From NCBI GenBank assembly GCA_002633005.1, contig NMRA01000699.1, forward strand, positions 90,797-154,796: 64,000 nucleotides of DNA, written 5' to 3'. Below are positions 38,701-52,469 of the stretch, one piece after another. Below the pieces are notes generated by a model. The model worked only from the letters and a program-made list of their open reading frames with translations, was not told where the DNA came from and did no database searches. The position numbers and the translations under genes are program-made. The first letter of the stretch is position 1, and each line of letters begins with the position of its first letter. The DNA comes from Phoronis australis (Eukaryota > Animalia > Phoronida).

Positions 38701-40509
38701 GAAGCTTCGGTATGAAGATTGTCATAAAATGAAAGTATTCATGCCTAAGTGTTCTAGTTAGACCAAAAAAGTCAATAAACCCTTTTCTGAATCACCATGG
38801 TGTACTGTACTTCTCCGATGCGAGACACGGTAGAATAATCATAAGTATTAGGACTTACTTCAAAAGTACACAGTGTAAATTGGAAATTTTGCTGAGATCG
38901 GTTGGTTGACCGCCGCCGCTGGGAAAAGACGCACGGGGGGGGGTTAGGATCTCAATGATGGTCGTATTTCTTATCAATTTGAGAAGATTTCTATTCATTA
39001 AGCAAGTATGGTGTAAGGTTTATAACTCACAACTTACAAAAAATAATTCTGTTGCGAGTAAACAAAATGCTAGAGGAAGTTTCCTACAAAAGATATCGAC
39101 TCCTTTTTATCACGACGTCTCAAAAATGCCTTTCATAGAGCCGATTTTAGTTAATATCCCAATATTTTAAGAGTCAGTAAATATGGTGGAGTGTTTTGAG
39201 ATTAGGTATGATGCATTTAGTCTTAATCGTATCTATCCAGACGAGGTACGTGGGCATGGGAATCTTTTTCGGAGTTTAACAGGAGCACAATGCCATCAGT
39301 CCTACCTACTCTTGCCGCACAAAAAGGCGCATGTGCTTTGTCAACTTTGCATTTTTACAGTAAAAATGAACATTGTCACAAAACCCGCTCAAATTTGAAC
39401 ACTCCGTAACTCGTTTAGACTGTTTAATCACGTGATATCGATTTTATTTCACAAGTGTACGTTGACAAGTTTGTATAATAGCTTTATCGCTACTTAAAAA
39501 AGGGTTCATAAATAAAGCACCAATTTATTCGAAATTGTAACGGTTTGCTTACATGTGTGTACAATAAACTGAGACTTTTGTAAAGCCGCATTCCGACAAT
39601 CAAATGCAAACTGGATCTGCATTCTTACTAAACGCAACATTGACGATGGTTGTGTTCCCCTTTAACAACATTCACTTGTAGATTTCTCCTAGCACTAACC
39701 CTATGACGCATTGCCATGCAGGCATTGCTGTGGTCGGGGTTAACAAATTGTTGAAAAAAAACATCAGTTAATTTCCATAAAAATAAAGCTGACAACACAT
39801 GACAATCACTGATTTACTATCCAATGGGCTAATAGGGAACTGGTCATACATTTATAAGCGCTCTCTAGATCACGAAAGTGACTTCTGCTTGTTCCCGGCT
39901 TGGTGAACAGAAGTCCAATAACTGTATAGCGGATTGTTTCTGTAAAGGCAGAAGAATGAATTTCACTGGCAGCCCCTCTCATTGTTTGATTAGTTTAAGT
40001 TCGCTAATTTATTTTAGCTTTTGACGCTGGTTGTGGTCGAAGTTTTCCCGCTTTATCATACATGCATACATGTATGTACGAAGCCAACAACTTTGTCGCA
40101 GGTTCTTCAAAATGTATGGAACATCCTGTCCTTGTTCATGCATTGATACACGTACATGTTCTTCAGAGTGTTTACCTTTTCCGTAAAGCATCAGTACATG
40201 TACATTCCACCACAAAGCAGTGGAAATATGTCGGCATTGTGATAGCAGGGAAGGTGTGAAAACACTGATACCAGTAGGTTGAAACCTTACATCCGCATTG
40301 CATAGGTGGCGCCGAACGTTTGCCTAACAAAGACCCGATTACCTGAGCACCACAATAATGCACGGTAAACATAGAAGGGAATTTCGGCTACACTTTAAAC
40401 GCGTACACAAACGTGCGATTTAAAAGAGGCCAAAGTTCATGCTCGCGTATGCGTTTTGTTCCATTAGAGAGCTTCGGCTACACCTTAAACGCTAGTGCAA
40501 CTGGAGAAG

Positions 40510-41230
40510 GGTTACAGAATTATAACCACTATCAAAAAAGTCTTTTTATGGGACCTTAAACATCGGAACTCCTGCAACTAGTCAAATTCAATATTTAAAA
40601 TTATGGAGAAGTGCGACTTTTTAGAAAATTTCAGGAACAAACAAGTTGTGTCTCTCGAAAACTTCAGAACATTCAGGTTCCAGTTAGAAGAGTTAAATTG
40701 GTTAAAAATAATATCTGAGAAACCAAAACTGTACTTATATAGATCTATTAAGAATGACTATTGTGTAGAAGAGTATTTACGTCTGCCGGTGTCTCAGAGG
40801 TCCGTCATAGCTCGATTGAGAGCAGGTATTCTACCATTAGAGGTTGAGGTGGGGCGGTACTTCGGAATTCCTGTGAATGAACGGATTTGTCGTGTTTGTA
40901 AAAAAGGAATTGAAGATGAAGTTCATTTCAATTTTGATTGTGAAAAATATACTCACATTCGACCATATTTTTACGGCGTTCTGCCCTACCTCAAATATTC
41001 CAAAATAACTTGAAAGGTCTAGATCTTTGCAGGTTAGAAGTAATTGTTTGTTTATAAACTAGTCTGAAGTGGTCATTTTTGAGCTTGTGCAATTTGTTAT
41101 GTCATAATTTAATTATTATTAGGTGACTGAGTAAGCCCATTGAGGCTGGGGGGTGTGGTGAATAATCTGTCTTTGATATTGTATTTACTGGTACCCTTAT
41201 GTCACTATAACAAATAAATACAACTACAAC
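40510..41230 (+). mobile_element. Non-LTR retrotransposon 3' end (RTEX-like ORF2 C-terminus)
   Basis: KPKLYLYRSIK...EEYL...QRSVIARLRAGILPLEVEVGRY...ERICRVC...EDEVHFNFDC CCHC finger. 3' UTR ends AATAAATACAACTACAAC. Confidence 0.85.
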
Positions 41231-42896
41231 ATCAGAGTGACTCTTTGGTTACAATCACTGATCAGGGTGTGTATCTTACTAATTGGCAAAAGCGGGAGAA
41301 ACCGCACAGGTAACAAAATGACGGACACAGAAGGCAGCAAGATGACACCGTGGCGCGGCAGTGACAAGCAAGGGTTGCGTGTGAATAATAGAAGACTTTA
41401 TGGGTCCCGAATTGTTCCATGGTTTCAGAACCAGTTGCTTCCATTGAATAACACCAGTAATTCTGAAAACAGAGGTTCCGAATCATAAAACTGCCTGTTA
41501 CCAGCAACCGCCTGGTGATGGTTGCACGCCTGAAACAGTGGTGGCAGCCAGGGGCAGGGGGTAAAAGCTATGACCCCGTTGACATCATTATATACTTTCT
41601 CTTGTGAATAAAATCATCCCACTTATAAGAAGTCTGAGCTGTCATTTTATCCGATACCAATAGTGATTTGGGGCAAAAGAGCAATGAGAAAAAAAAACTG
41701 TGTGTTTAATTAGTTACGCACCCGCGCTCTGGGATGAGTATTCCGAAAGGCTAGTCGGGATACACCCGTGTCGTTATCAGTTTGAAAGCGATAGCAAGGG
41801 GAGAAAGTTGGCAAACCAATTTTTACATACATGTAGTCCAACTTGCTCATTGTATTTGTTCATTTGATAAGCTCACGTAATCCAGCAATAATGTTCTAAA
41901 TAGCGCGCCTGGTACTAACCGATATTCAAAATCACTATTTCCAAAGGAAGTTCAACAAATGACGACGATGTGTTTTTATGAAATTATATCACCAAAATAC
42001 TTCAAACGGGAAAAAACGGTTGACTTTCAGAGAAATTAGATTTAACTTCTACCAGCTGATTCCTTTGTGGGATTGTAGGCTCTTACTCACTTACTATCAC
42101 AGCATTGTGTACCAACACAATAGGTTGGTTTGTCAAATTCACTAATCGAACGTGATTCTAAATCAGATCGTGATGTTGGAAATTTCGTGGTGTTAGAGTA
42201 AAAAAACTGGCCATTCAAGTGAAATCTGACACATAATCTGTATTGTCATCTTTGGCTAAACACAGTTATTTCCGGTTTTATATAAATGACGTTCTACCGT
42301 TATTCGTTTGCTTAAGTTGTGGTTAGATGGTGTGCGTTTATTTTCGGCGCCATGAACTATAGCCACCTACTGTAATTGTCAGTTTCTATTTTTCAGTCAT
42401 CTGTTATTCTTCCACGAGATTGCGTATATGTCACAACATTTTTTTTCATTTCGTTATAAGTTTTAGTATTTCAATTCCAGCAAACCGAACTTCAGAACAA
42501 ACTTTGCTGCTTCGAAGCAGTCAGGCAGACGAATTTACCGATGACTCATAACCAATGCAAACAAACGTTGGACCCTAAAACTTTGCCAAGCCTGGGCTCC
42601 CAACTTCAGCTGTCCTAAATCCAAACAAAATCTGCGTGCATCTCCCTCAGAGCGGTATTACATAAACCTCCGAAGCTTTGTCTTCCCTTGATCCCATTAA
42701 ACTGTCCTTGTGAGTGGTGAATTGGCGACGCAATTTCCAAAACAAACACAAAACTCTAAATTTAAGGAGGTTGAATAGTAACACTACGAATTTTAGTTGT
42801 GCTTTAGCTATTACTTGTACACCTCCCGCAGATAAAATTTAGAGTTTGAGCAAGCAACCCCTATGTCAAAGTCAAAGATATTTGTCCGCAATTTAA

Positions 42897-45800
42897 GAGT
42901 GACTCCATATAAAAACCAACAGGTAGAGTCTATACCCAAAATCACCGATTTTTTGAAACTTAGCACATGAGTTTGGTTTGTTGAGATGTAGAAAAACCTC
43001 ACTTTTTAAGAATTTTCATTCATTATTTTTCTTTTTATGACCTGTTCATGTACCTCCATTTTGCAACAAAATTGGGCGTCGAAGTAGGCATGTTTGAATG
43101 CATTTTACTAGCATGTGTGGAAAGGACAAAACAAATGAATAATACGAATTGAAAGGGCAATGGTTGAATAATTTAATGGCATAACTTTCAAAATCCATTT
43201 TCAAATTTGTACGTTTTGAATTTGTGAGGCAAAAACGGCTATTTTTCAGGTTTTCACTGAAGCCATTTTCGGCCAAATTTGGCACTCTGTAGCAGCCATA
43301 ACGCACCTTTCCTGAAATTGACTTTATAATAATTTGTTTAGTCATTCATAACCTGTTCATTATCTAAAATAAAAAATCTTGCCTCTAATGTAGTTTTTAC
43401 GTAGGAAGCATTACACGAACTGCACTTCGTCCTTTTGCATGTTCTCAGTTGCCTCTGTTGCCAATAGGGGGCTCTTGGAACATATAATTAGCTTGCGAAA
43501 CACGACATAAAAACCTTGTATTTTGGAGAAAAATCAGACAGCATTATTAATTACCATTCTATGAAAACGTCATTGATGATTATTCCTTATTACATAAAAT
43601 ATGTAACGTAAATCAACTGGCATGCGTGGTTCAAAATGATAGATGGCGCTGTTTTTGTTTACGTAGAGACTGAAGACGCATCTAGAATAAGAGCAGTAAC
43701 ACGAGGACCTTGCTATAATTCAAGACTTCGTGAGATATTGCCCTGCATTTTAAATGAGAACACGTGGTTTTGGATAAATTTTAGAGAGGTTCTAGTGTTA
43801 CTGAACTCACCCCTGCCTTGTTTTCTATCTGCCTTGTTCGTACCACAGGCAAAGGAAGGCACCCAAGGTGGATATGGACCCCTAGTGTTCAGTGCAAAAA
43901 ATCCTTCAACTTGTCAATAGTCATTGTAACTTTGGTTCATATTGTATTGTCCCTGCTGGTTGCTACACATTTTAGTCGCCACCAGTCGCCAGAAATCTGG
44001 TGTTCCCCCCACACACCGGGCACCCTTACGCTGAATATTTCTGTCAGTGTGATCATCAGTGGTATAAAAAGGTATATATTCACAGTCAATAGAAAGCAAT
44101 TCACGAGAGACAATTTTATTAATGACTCATTCATGACAGACATGAAGTAAACAGAAGTAACGCTCTCCACTTCATATATCACACATCTTTGACTGGTATG
44201 CTACAAAACTAGGCTAAACGTTGAGCTCATTTACCACTTCATTCAGTAAATCTGACGACATAACAGCATCTTCAGCAGAAATTGCATCGTCATAAACATT
44301 GCTGCAGACAACCTTGAAAAAATCCACCAATATGCGATTCACTTAATATCACAGGTAAACGCTTTACCAGTGGGTTCTCGTAATGTTTTCTCCATTTCGG
44401 CACTTCCGAGGGTGAAGTTTTTACCTGACTTATCTCCTTCATCGAATATGTTCGTCAGAAAGTTCTTAACCTTTGCTGAAAATCTTGTTGACCTTTTACC
44501 TTTTTTCAATGCCTAACTTATTGCTTCAGCATCATCCAAATAGTACTCTGAGGCTGCCTCAAATGACTCTCCTGTTCTTGCATCTGAGAGCATTTCTGAC
44601 CACTGTCGTGCGATGTGGTCATACGTGGTTTCCCTCTGTAAATGTTCAGTATGGTTACCCACATCCAAATGCTGACCTAGTTCTGCGTCTGTAGCAAAAA
44701 TATTCGAGTAACCTTGCTGGGTACAAGGGAACTTTTGCGGAGGCTCTTCACTAGATACAATGCCAACCTTAACTCTTGGTGTTGAGAATCCGCCATGTCT
44801 AGAGATGTTAGTGTATTTTAGAGAAATAGGTTTCCCATTTTCTCAGTATTTGTAAGAACTTATCGTCACCTACATGGAATGATTTTCACACGCGAATTCC
44901 TTGGGTGGAATAGTGGGAATTTGGGAATGTGCTTATACCAGGAACTGAGTATGTTGGAAAAGACTTTGTTGCATTGACTGAACATGCATACACATAACAT
45001 CCCTTCACACGGCCACTGGAAAGTAATGCTTCTTTCAAATCTAGAAAGTTTATGATATTGTTACCTTCGGCTACAAAGTACTTTGCATGTTGTCTGAGTG
45101 GAGCGATCTTGCGATCACAGAGATCCTTTCCATTCTGACTTTCACTAAAGTCATATCTCGAAACAGAAATGCCGATAGAATTTGACAAGGCTGCTACGTT
45201 CAGGAGGAGAGGAGCAGAGTGGTAACATCCAGCATTACCTGACTCTTCCATGACTGGTCCTTTTCAGTCAGAAATTCACTGACTCTGGGTAGTACGAGTG
45301 CGCACTCTGGCACAGGCCTTGCTTTGTGAGGTAGTTTCCTGTATCTCAAATGTTCAGTGGTGTCTTTGACATAACTCACTAAAGCACAAAGCTTTTGTGA
45401 TCGGATTTTTTGCAGAATAAACTCTACAGGAACATGAAAGCCCATCGACATCGTCCGCCATTTTGTCTTTTTAAAATGCACTTGCTTCTCTCAAAACCAG
45501 TCAATACAAATATCAATTCTTACTCGTTTAATCTGAAAGGCATTTATTTCCATTTAAAATTTCTACAGAGTGTTTGAGTGTTTGAATTAACCTGATAATG
45601 TAAAATAAATGAAAGAATACAAGAGGGTTACACGTACATTTTTTTATATATCCTCAAGCTTAACCTCAACTGACTCCCTCAGTGGGCAAAGGTCATTGGG
45701 TTCAAGTTTGATACTAGCCGCGTAATAAACCCGGAAAACATCTTGTTTTCATTTGAAAGAGTTTAGACTTGGTTTCTATAACTATTTAAAGCAGACTTCT

Positions 45801-46400
45801 TGCCTAAAAGTTTATTCAAATGGTCTGCAAACTCTGCTCGTCATTTCCAAATTATGAAAATAGACAGTTTTGCAAGACAATTTTCACTAAGGTGCAAAGT
45901 TGAGGCAAGATTTTTTATTACTCAGTCCTTAAGACTAACTCTTTAACTGTATGTTCAAAACGTCACATAAGGCTACAAGGTGTTTTATGGCAGTAAGAAG
46001 GTCACAAAAATGGCCACTAAAATTAGCCCCAAAAAGTGGTCTGTGGATTATCTCCCCTGTCTAGCACAAAACTGTCAAATTTTAATGAATGTCACAGAAT
46101 TACGTACAGTATACTTTGGTTATTTCAGCCAACAAAATATAGCTTTTGATCTATTTTGTATGTTACTCATTTTTGTTGCTGAAAACATGCGATTTTTGAG
46201 ACGGCTAATATGCCCAATTGTGCCAATTTGTGTTATCATGCCCCAGCGGCGAAATTAGGGGTCATTGAGTGCACAAAATTTGGCATTTGGGTTTATGTTA
46301 GGATACCAACCCATGTACAAAAAATGAAGTTGTTTTAAATTTTGACGTATAGACTGATTTTTGAAAATCTACTGGTTTTTATACATGTATGGACTGTCTC
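42897..46400 (-). mobile_element. Sola3 DNA transposon, degenerate
   Basis: TTAA|GAG ... CTC|TTAA ends (42893-96, 46401-04), imperfect TIRs sharing TCCAT..ATAAAAACCA..AGTCTATAC, and an internal transposase remnant. Confidence 0.82.
44200..45490 (-). pseudogene. Sola3-type transposase remnant
   Basis: NAGCYH...RYDFSESQNGKDLCDRKIAPLRQH...EGNNI (ORF 44886-45251), and C-terminal (W>stop)ALKKGKRSTRFSAKVKNFLTNIFDEGDKSGK near 44420-44520. Frameshifts and stops present. Confidence 0.8.
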
Positions 46401-49354
46401 TTAAATGATTGAGGTTACTAAAATTAGCCTTCCACTTATGTGTAACTTGCTTCTTATGATAGCTCATTGTATCAATTGACCTAGAATTTAATTCAAATAA
46501 CTGACGTACACGTATCTTGTGTTTGATTGTGACATTATGTGCTACTCCTAGTTGAAGAAAAACGAACACTCACGACAGCTTTTGAGGAAAAATTTCGATG
46601 TCTGACCGCGCTTTTAGTCGTGGGAAATCACCTAGAGTGCATCGGCAACTGCCGAAATTCGCAGTTGGCCTACGTTAGCCACTAAGCCAGCAACCCTTCG
46701 GTTATAAACTAAGTTATTTTACAAAACTAGAATTTAAATGTATTAAAACTGACACTAAATTATGTGAAGGGCACTCAAACAACCTTCGTTTGTAAGCGAA
46801 TAAACAGAGCTTCGGAATTTGTTCGGGAGCGTCCGTGAAAACCCGGATGTTTACAAAGATCGTCTGCCTTGAACGTCACGTCATAATGTCCTTGAATTTG
46901 TGATGTTCTTGTTTTCTGGCATTTATGCCGTCGAATCACCACTCGATAGCAATTTCATGTGATCAAGTGAAAGAAGGTACAAGTGTTGAGAGATTTGTTT
47001 GATGTTGATTTCTGAGGGTTCCATGCACATTTGAGTAGAAAATTCTGAATAAACCGATTTTTAGTGTCCAACGTTTATGTTTATTAGTAGTGAGTGACGT
47101 CAATGGTGATCGAGGAACAAAGATATTCAAGTGCCTGTGATGCACAGCTGCAATCACTTCCCGAGATATGTCGCAAAAAGAAGAATTAGAGCGTAATCCA
47201 GTTTTCAAAATGAAGATTGCTTACACGTGTCATGACTACATCACGTTAAATTCACTTTAGGTGGGCGTATATTGGTAATGCGCTGGTAATGCGATTGACG
47301 TTTCTTTTTATGAAGCATTCATTTACGTATATTGCCAATTGTCTCTTGTGCAATTAATCTATCGGGTGTCTCTAGTTCACAATTGTATGATTTGGACGGG
47401 TGATGTTTAAACACTGCAGCAGTCAATATTTAATAGTCAGTATTTGCTCGTGATCGCGCTTTCGCCTCTACCATCATTACTATTATATCTGTGATGTGAA
47501 AACCGACGTTTTGACGACTGTAAACGCCAACAGTTTTATTAACATGACTTGATCTGAAACATGCACTCATCTTCCTGAGTGGCATTGCATGCCCTCGCCT
47601 ACAAATTTTTTTTTTCATATTGCAGAATTCACCAGTAAATTGAAAGGGCATTTATTGTATTGGTGACTAAACCTTGTTTCAACAATCTACAAGGCCAAGT
47701 CCTCACTGCATATCAAAGCAAGTCCAGGCATAGGCGTATTGGGGTTGGGGTGCCATTGCCCTAACCATGTTTCGAAAAAGTGGTTCACTTTAAGCAAATC
47801 TCTAGTAAGAATAGTTGCAAACTTTTTAGCAAATGTACCACAACAGACGAAGTAGTTGGTACTATTAGATGCGTGGCTAAGTGAGTGATAATTCCATACA
47901 CCCCAAGTAAACTAGCACCTTGTGTTTGACTTCGAAGTTGAAGAACGCTGCCCTTTACTTTGGTTAGATTCAGATACATGTACACGTACGTACTACAGGA
48001 CCTCTCCTAACTGGAACTAAGTTTTCACGGCCATCTTCATTCTCGGGGAACTTCAAATACATGTACGAAATATATACCGTGCGGGAAAAATATTTAGCAG
48101 AACCACCTTGGAACCGCACAACCGCGCGTAATTTGGTTTACTACTTATCGGCGGTCAACTGTTACGAGGTTGTTTCTCAAATCGAATCGTCCACTAGGCA
48201 CAAAGCAGCTCCGTACGTGTACCCACATCCCTTTCATTCACCGAATTGCCATAGTACTGCGTCAACAACGTGTACGTAATAAGATAGAAAGATGCCAAAG
48301 AAAACGAAAACCTGCCGTAGCTTTGTTCCTCAGACAGTTTGTTTGTCTGCATACGAACGAATGCAACGAGTCACCTCACACCTCTGTGCAAGCTACGAAA
48401 AGAGATGAAACCTCATCTAAATTCCTTAATTTGGGAAAGTTGGTATATTGCTGTTTTGATCTCATGCTCACGACTTGCTTTACCCACGGACCCGATTTCT
48501 GTATCCATTTCGTACTTGGGTTTCATATCAGTTTCCCAACGCGTTGTGTGTCTAACAATGAACTCTTGAGCTACTTTAATGTGGAGCACAGTGCACCAGC
48601 TTGGCACACTTAATATGTTTGCTCCGTCCGTGACTTAGGTGGACTCGATAAATTAAAAGTTTTTTCTGTTAATTAAGTTACTTACGCACTGAAAATTCAG
48701 ATGACAGTACGCGTGAATGTTGAAAATTGTACGTTGCTAAATGGTGTATACATCTGTAGGTTACATTGATGGAAAACAAGTTTTCACTGAATAATTTAAC
48801 CGAGGACCTAAAGACTTTCACCTCTCACGACTTCATGGACTTGTTTTTCCATTCGGCAAATCGACTTAATTTGAACTTAGAAACACGAGATCTCGAAAAC
48901 GGATCAGTGGATTTCGCCGAAACTTTCCAATTTATTCTGCAATCTCAAAAACATTGTTAGGGTTTTTAACATTAAGGCCTAGTAGTTTTTGCGTTGTGCA
49001 ACAAAGACGAGTACGATTGCTATTGTTACAAAAATGCCTTGAGTTTTGTGAGTTCTTTTGTGATAAAAACCAAACGAAAAGACTAATAGAAAAATCCTAA
49101 CAGTTTTTTTATGTAACTGGTGAATTTTTCATTTAAAAAGGTTTCATCAAAATCAAACCAGGGATTAATTTGCCATGAATGTACAGTACTTTTCTTACAA
49201 ATAAAATTTGACTTAAAAAATGTTAGCGTGATTATAATAATGGTACATAAATATAAAACATATTTTTACGTTTCCAGATCGTTTTTCTTTCAGAAAATGT
49301 ATACTTTTAAGCTAGGATACTACAGAACCCAGTTACGTTGCATTTAGGGATAAT

Positions 49355-50596
49355 TTAGTTTGTACAGTAGTAGCCTGAAAATGGCTGGAGTTGACGACCC
49401 ATATCACAAAGTGACACCGTGACGTGAGTGACAGGACATTGTTCATACAAGTGATGTCGAGGAATTTTTTCACGAGCAGTCAGTGGGTAAGTAACGTTTG
49501 AGCCTGAGTATAGTGAGGCAGTATACGCACAGACAGCTATTGAGAGGGATAAGGCAGATACTGAGGACAAAAATGTTGGGACTTCTCGGTACAAATGCAA
49601 GGTGTGCACTGTTATGTCGACGCTGTTCACACTGAATGGTGACCTGAGCACCTAACCGCTTACGTTCCACCATGTGACTCTCTCGCCACACACCTGGCTC
49701 CTTCTAAATAGCTCCAAGACTTTATTCAAGTCCGCAATAAATTTATGAAAGTTAAGGTCACCGGCCTGTTTACTGGACGACGAACTGTCCTCTTCACTGT
49801 GTGTCGAACTGTGCCTGTATTCACTCCCAGTATTAAACATCGTTGCTAGGCTGGTTACAGACTCTGGACTGCAGACAACCCCAGCAAAGGGCGAATCACT
49901 GCTAGTTGCCAGAATTGCATCCTCTGGGGTAGATTGGGAGGCACGGATGACAGTAGATGAAGGGCCTCTAATCAATGTAGAGGCCACAGCACGCGAGGGT
50001 TCTCGCTCCAATAATGCACTTCTTCGGCGGGTGACGGGGCACTGCTAGGAATCCACAGCGACAGTATAACACCCTTCCCCGGGTTTCTTTTGCAGGAACC
50101 TTCATAAGTCCCTCACACATATCTCTTTCGCACTCCGACGGCAAAAGGTGCTTGCCTCACACATTCTCCACTGACTGGTACGTCGCGTGGACGAGTTACG
50201 CTGCGTTCTTCGCACCAACGAGCCAAGTACCGCGGAGAGTGTCATCTTTCGAGAAAGCGACGTAATAGCATACCCAAAGTGCAGGTTAGACGATAATGAA
50301 TATACCCCGTCAAGCAGCAACCGTGCGACATGTAGGCTGACTAATAAACAAACGAAACGTATGACCGATCTTGTCACAACCGAGGTAACATAATGACTGA
50401 CTTCAGCGCTCGCACAGTGACACTATATGAAAACAAAATGGATGGAAATTCTCAACCTCCTGAACAGAACTTCTGGAGTAAGGCACGACTAATGAATTAA
50501 ATTACAGGAAGCCGTTATTAACTAAAAAGCATGTCTGGGATGATCAACCAACTACAGTTTTACTAAAAATGACATGAAAACAGGTTGTCTTGTCCC
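49355..50596 (-). mobile_element. Kolobok transposon 5' part (TIR, THAP, transposase N-terminus), truncated
   Basis: 50430-50596 matches the TIR of 16765-17951 and abuts TTAA (50597-600). Frameshifted THAP at 50100-50380. KFIADLNKVLELFRRSQVCGE...GAQVTIQCEQ segment. Confidence 0.8.
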
Positions 50597-51453
50597 TTAA
50601 ATTTTCAACTGACTCTGAGAGGCCATTTCTGAGAGAAGACATTTTAATATTGAACATTTTGCTGGGGTCCTACATAAATTTAAAAGGAATGCACCCGGTT
50701 TTAGTGTGTCTTTCGTTAAATTGTGATTTCCTGGCCGTCGTAGATAAATTTCAAGCGAGTCAAATTACAGTGGGTCCTACTTAACTTTACAAGTTTTTCT
50801 GCATAATGAATTTTTCGGCCCAAATCATTCACAATGGCTTTGTTTGTGAGACGATTCACTGTGGACTGCTGGCGATTGCATTCTAGACTCCAAAACTATA
50901 TACTCTTCGAAAGTTCATGATGCGTGCGACCCTGGTATATTCCTGACGACGTCTTGTCTCCTTCGATGGGACGATGATGTCTACTAACAGGGTCGGGAAC
51001 TCCAACCACGTGGGATTGTGTCTTCCTTGCTACGTTGTCATCACTTTTATATCATGCCTACAACGTGAATCTGGCGCAACCTAGGTCATTGAGAGATTAA
51101 ATCAATCCTTGGATGCAGATAATCTCATGTAACTCTCTCGGGGACTATTTTTTCACCTCCACAGGACCTCCGCATTTTCATTGCTGAACTCATGTACATG
51201 TATACCGCAAACAAAATCCCCTGGTCATGCAGCGCTTTGCTCGTGCGTAAGAAAAAGGGGAAGCTGCAGGTGTGCGTAGACCATCGGCAAATGAATCAGC
51301 AAATTGTTAAGGATGCATACACTCCTCCGCTTCAGTGCTTGACGTGAACTCCGCCTACCATAAAATAAAGCTATTTAGACACAAAAGGAGAGGCCAGTCT
51401 TCACAATGGGGCCCTAAGCATTACACGGATGGAACCGGCTGCCCATGGGTCTG

Positions 51454-51612
51454 CAGTGGCGGATTTAGGAAAGCCAAGGGGGCCATGGCCTCCCTCAAAT
51501 TTTCCCAGACACCATTTGGCAGTTCGGAGGTGCGACTGTCTAACCGTCAAAATCCTGGCTAATACTCCATCCTGCCCCAAATCTCTAACTCAAAATCCTG
51601 GATCCGCCCATG
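51454..51612. mobile_element. hAT-type MITE inserted in the Gypsy RT
   Basis: CAGTGGCGGAT...ATCCGCCCATG splits the PMGL|CNS codons. Removing it plus 5 bp restores the frame. Confidence 0.8.
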
Positions 51613-51648
51613 TTGTGTGTAATTCGCAAGCCACGTTTTTCAAGAAGT

Positions 51649-52469
51649 TTAAAGGATATGTTGAGTAACTTGCATTTTCGATTCTGCGTTGTTTGAATCA
51701 ACTAGCTTCTAAGGCGGAGTAGTAGTATTTTTTAAAAGAATGTAGATGGGCTCCGATTATTGCCACAGCGATTATATGTGCACAAGTTTAAACAAATTCG
51801 TAGAAAATGTGGGCACTTCTGATGGAATAGGTGATGCATATGAGACACGTTGAGTCATCTGCTGGAATCGAGGTCACCCCGTCCAAACTAGAAAACACCA
51901 AGTCCTGGGAACAATCTAGGAATAAAGAAGAAATTCGAAGCTTTCTGGGCTTAGCCTGTTACAAACTTTCTCAAGGACTTCGCATCTTGCGCCAGACCGT
52001 TACGCGATCTGATGCCTACAGAGGTCAAGTATAAGACGACGATTAGAGGCACTAAGCTNTTAAAGGATATGTTGAGTTACTTGCATTTTCGATTCTGCGT
52101 TGTTTGAATCAACTAGCTTCTAAGGCGGAGTAGTAGTATTTTTTAAAAGAATGTAGATGGGCTCCGATTTTTGCCACAGCGATTATATGTGCACAAGTTT
52201 AAACAAATTCGTAGAAAATGTGGGCACTTCTGATGGAATAGGTGATGCATATGAGACACGTTGAGTCATCTGCTGGAATCGAGGTCACCCCGTCCAAACT
52301 AGAAAACACCAAGTCCTGGGAACAATCTAGGAATAAAGAAGAAATTCGAAGCTTTCTGGGCTTAGCCTGTTACAAACTTTCTCAAGGACTTCGCATCTTG
52401 CGCCAGACCGTTACGCGATCTGATGCCTACAGAGGTCAAGTATAAGACGACGATTAGAGGCACTAAGCT
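51649..52469. repeat. 411-bp near-identical tandem duplication joined by a single N (probable assembly artefact)
   Basis: 51649-52058 versus 52060-52469, N at 52059. I saw only two differences, both near the start of the second copy. Confidence 0.9.

Larger units (their letters stand above)
42522..47139. mobile_element. Older, diverged copy of the 85-1171 element, split by a Sola3 insertion
   Basis: 42598-42892 aligns to ~146-430 and 46405-47139 aligns to ~435-1171, ending CAAGTGCCTGTG. Left TIR is decayed. Confidence 0.8.

Noticed and set aside
51831-52445. Two identical 67-aa ORFs suggesting a tandem gene duplication
   Set aside because: They are Gypsy RT fragments duplicated across an assembly N.
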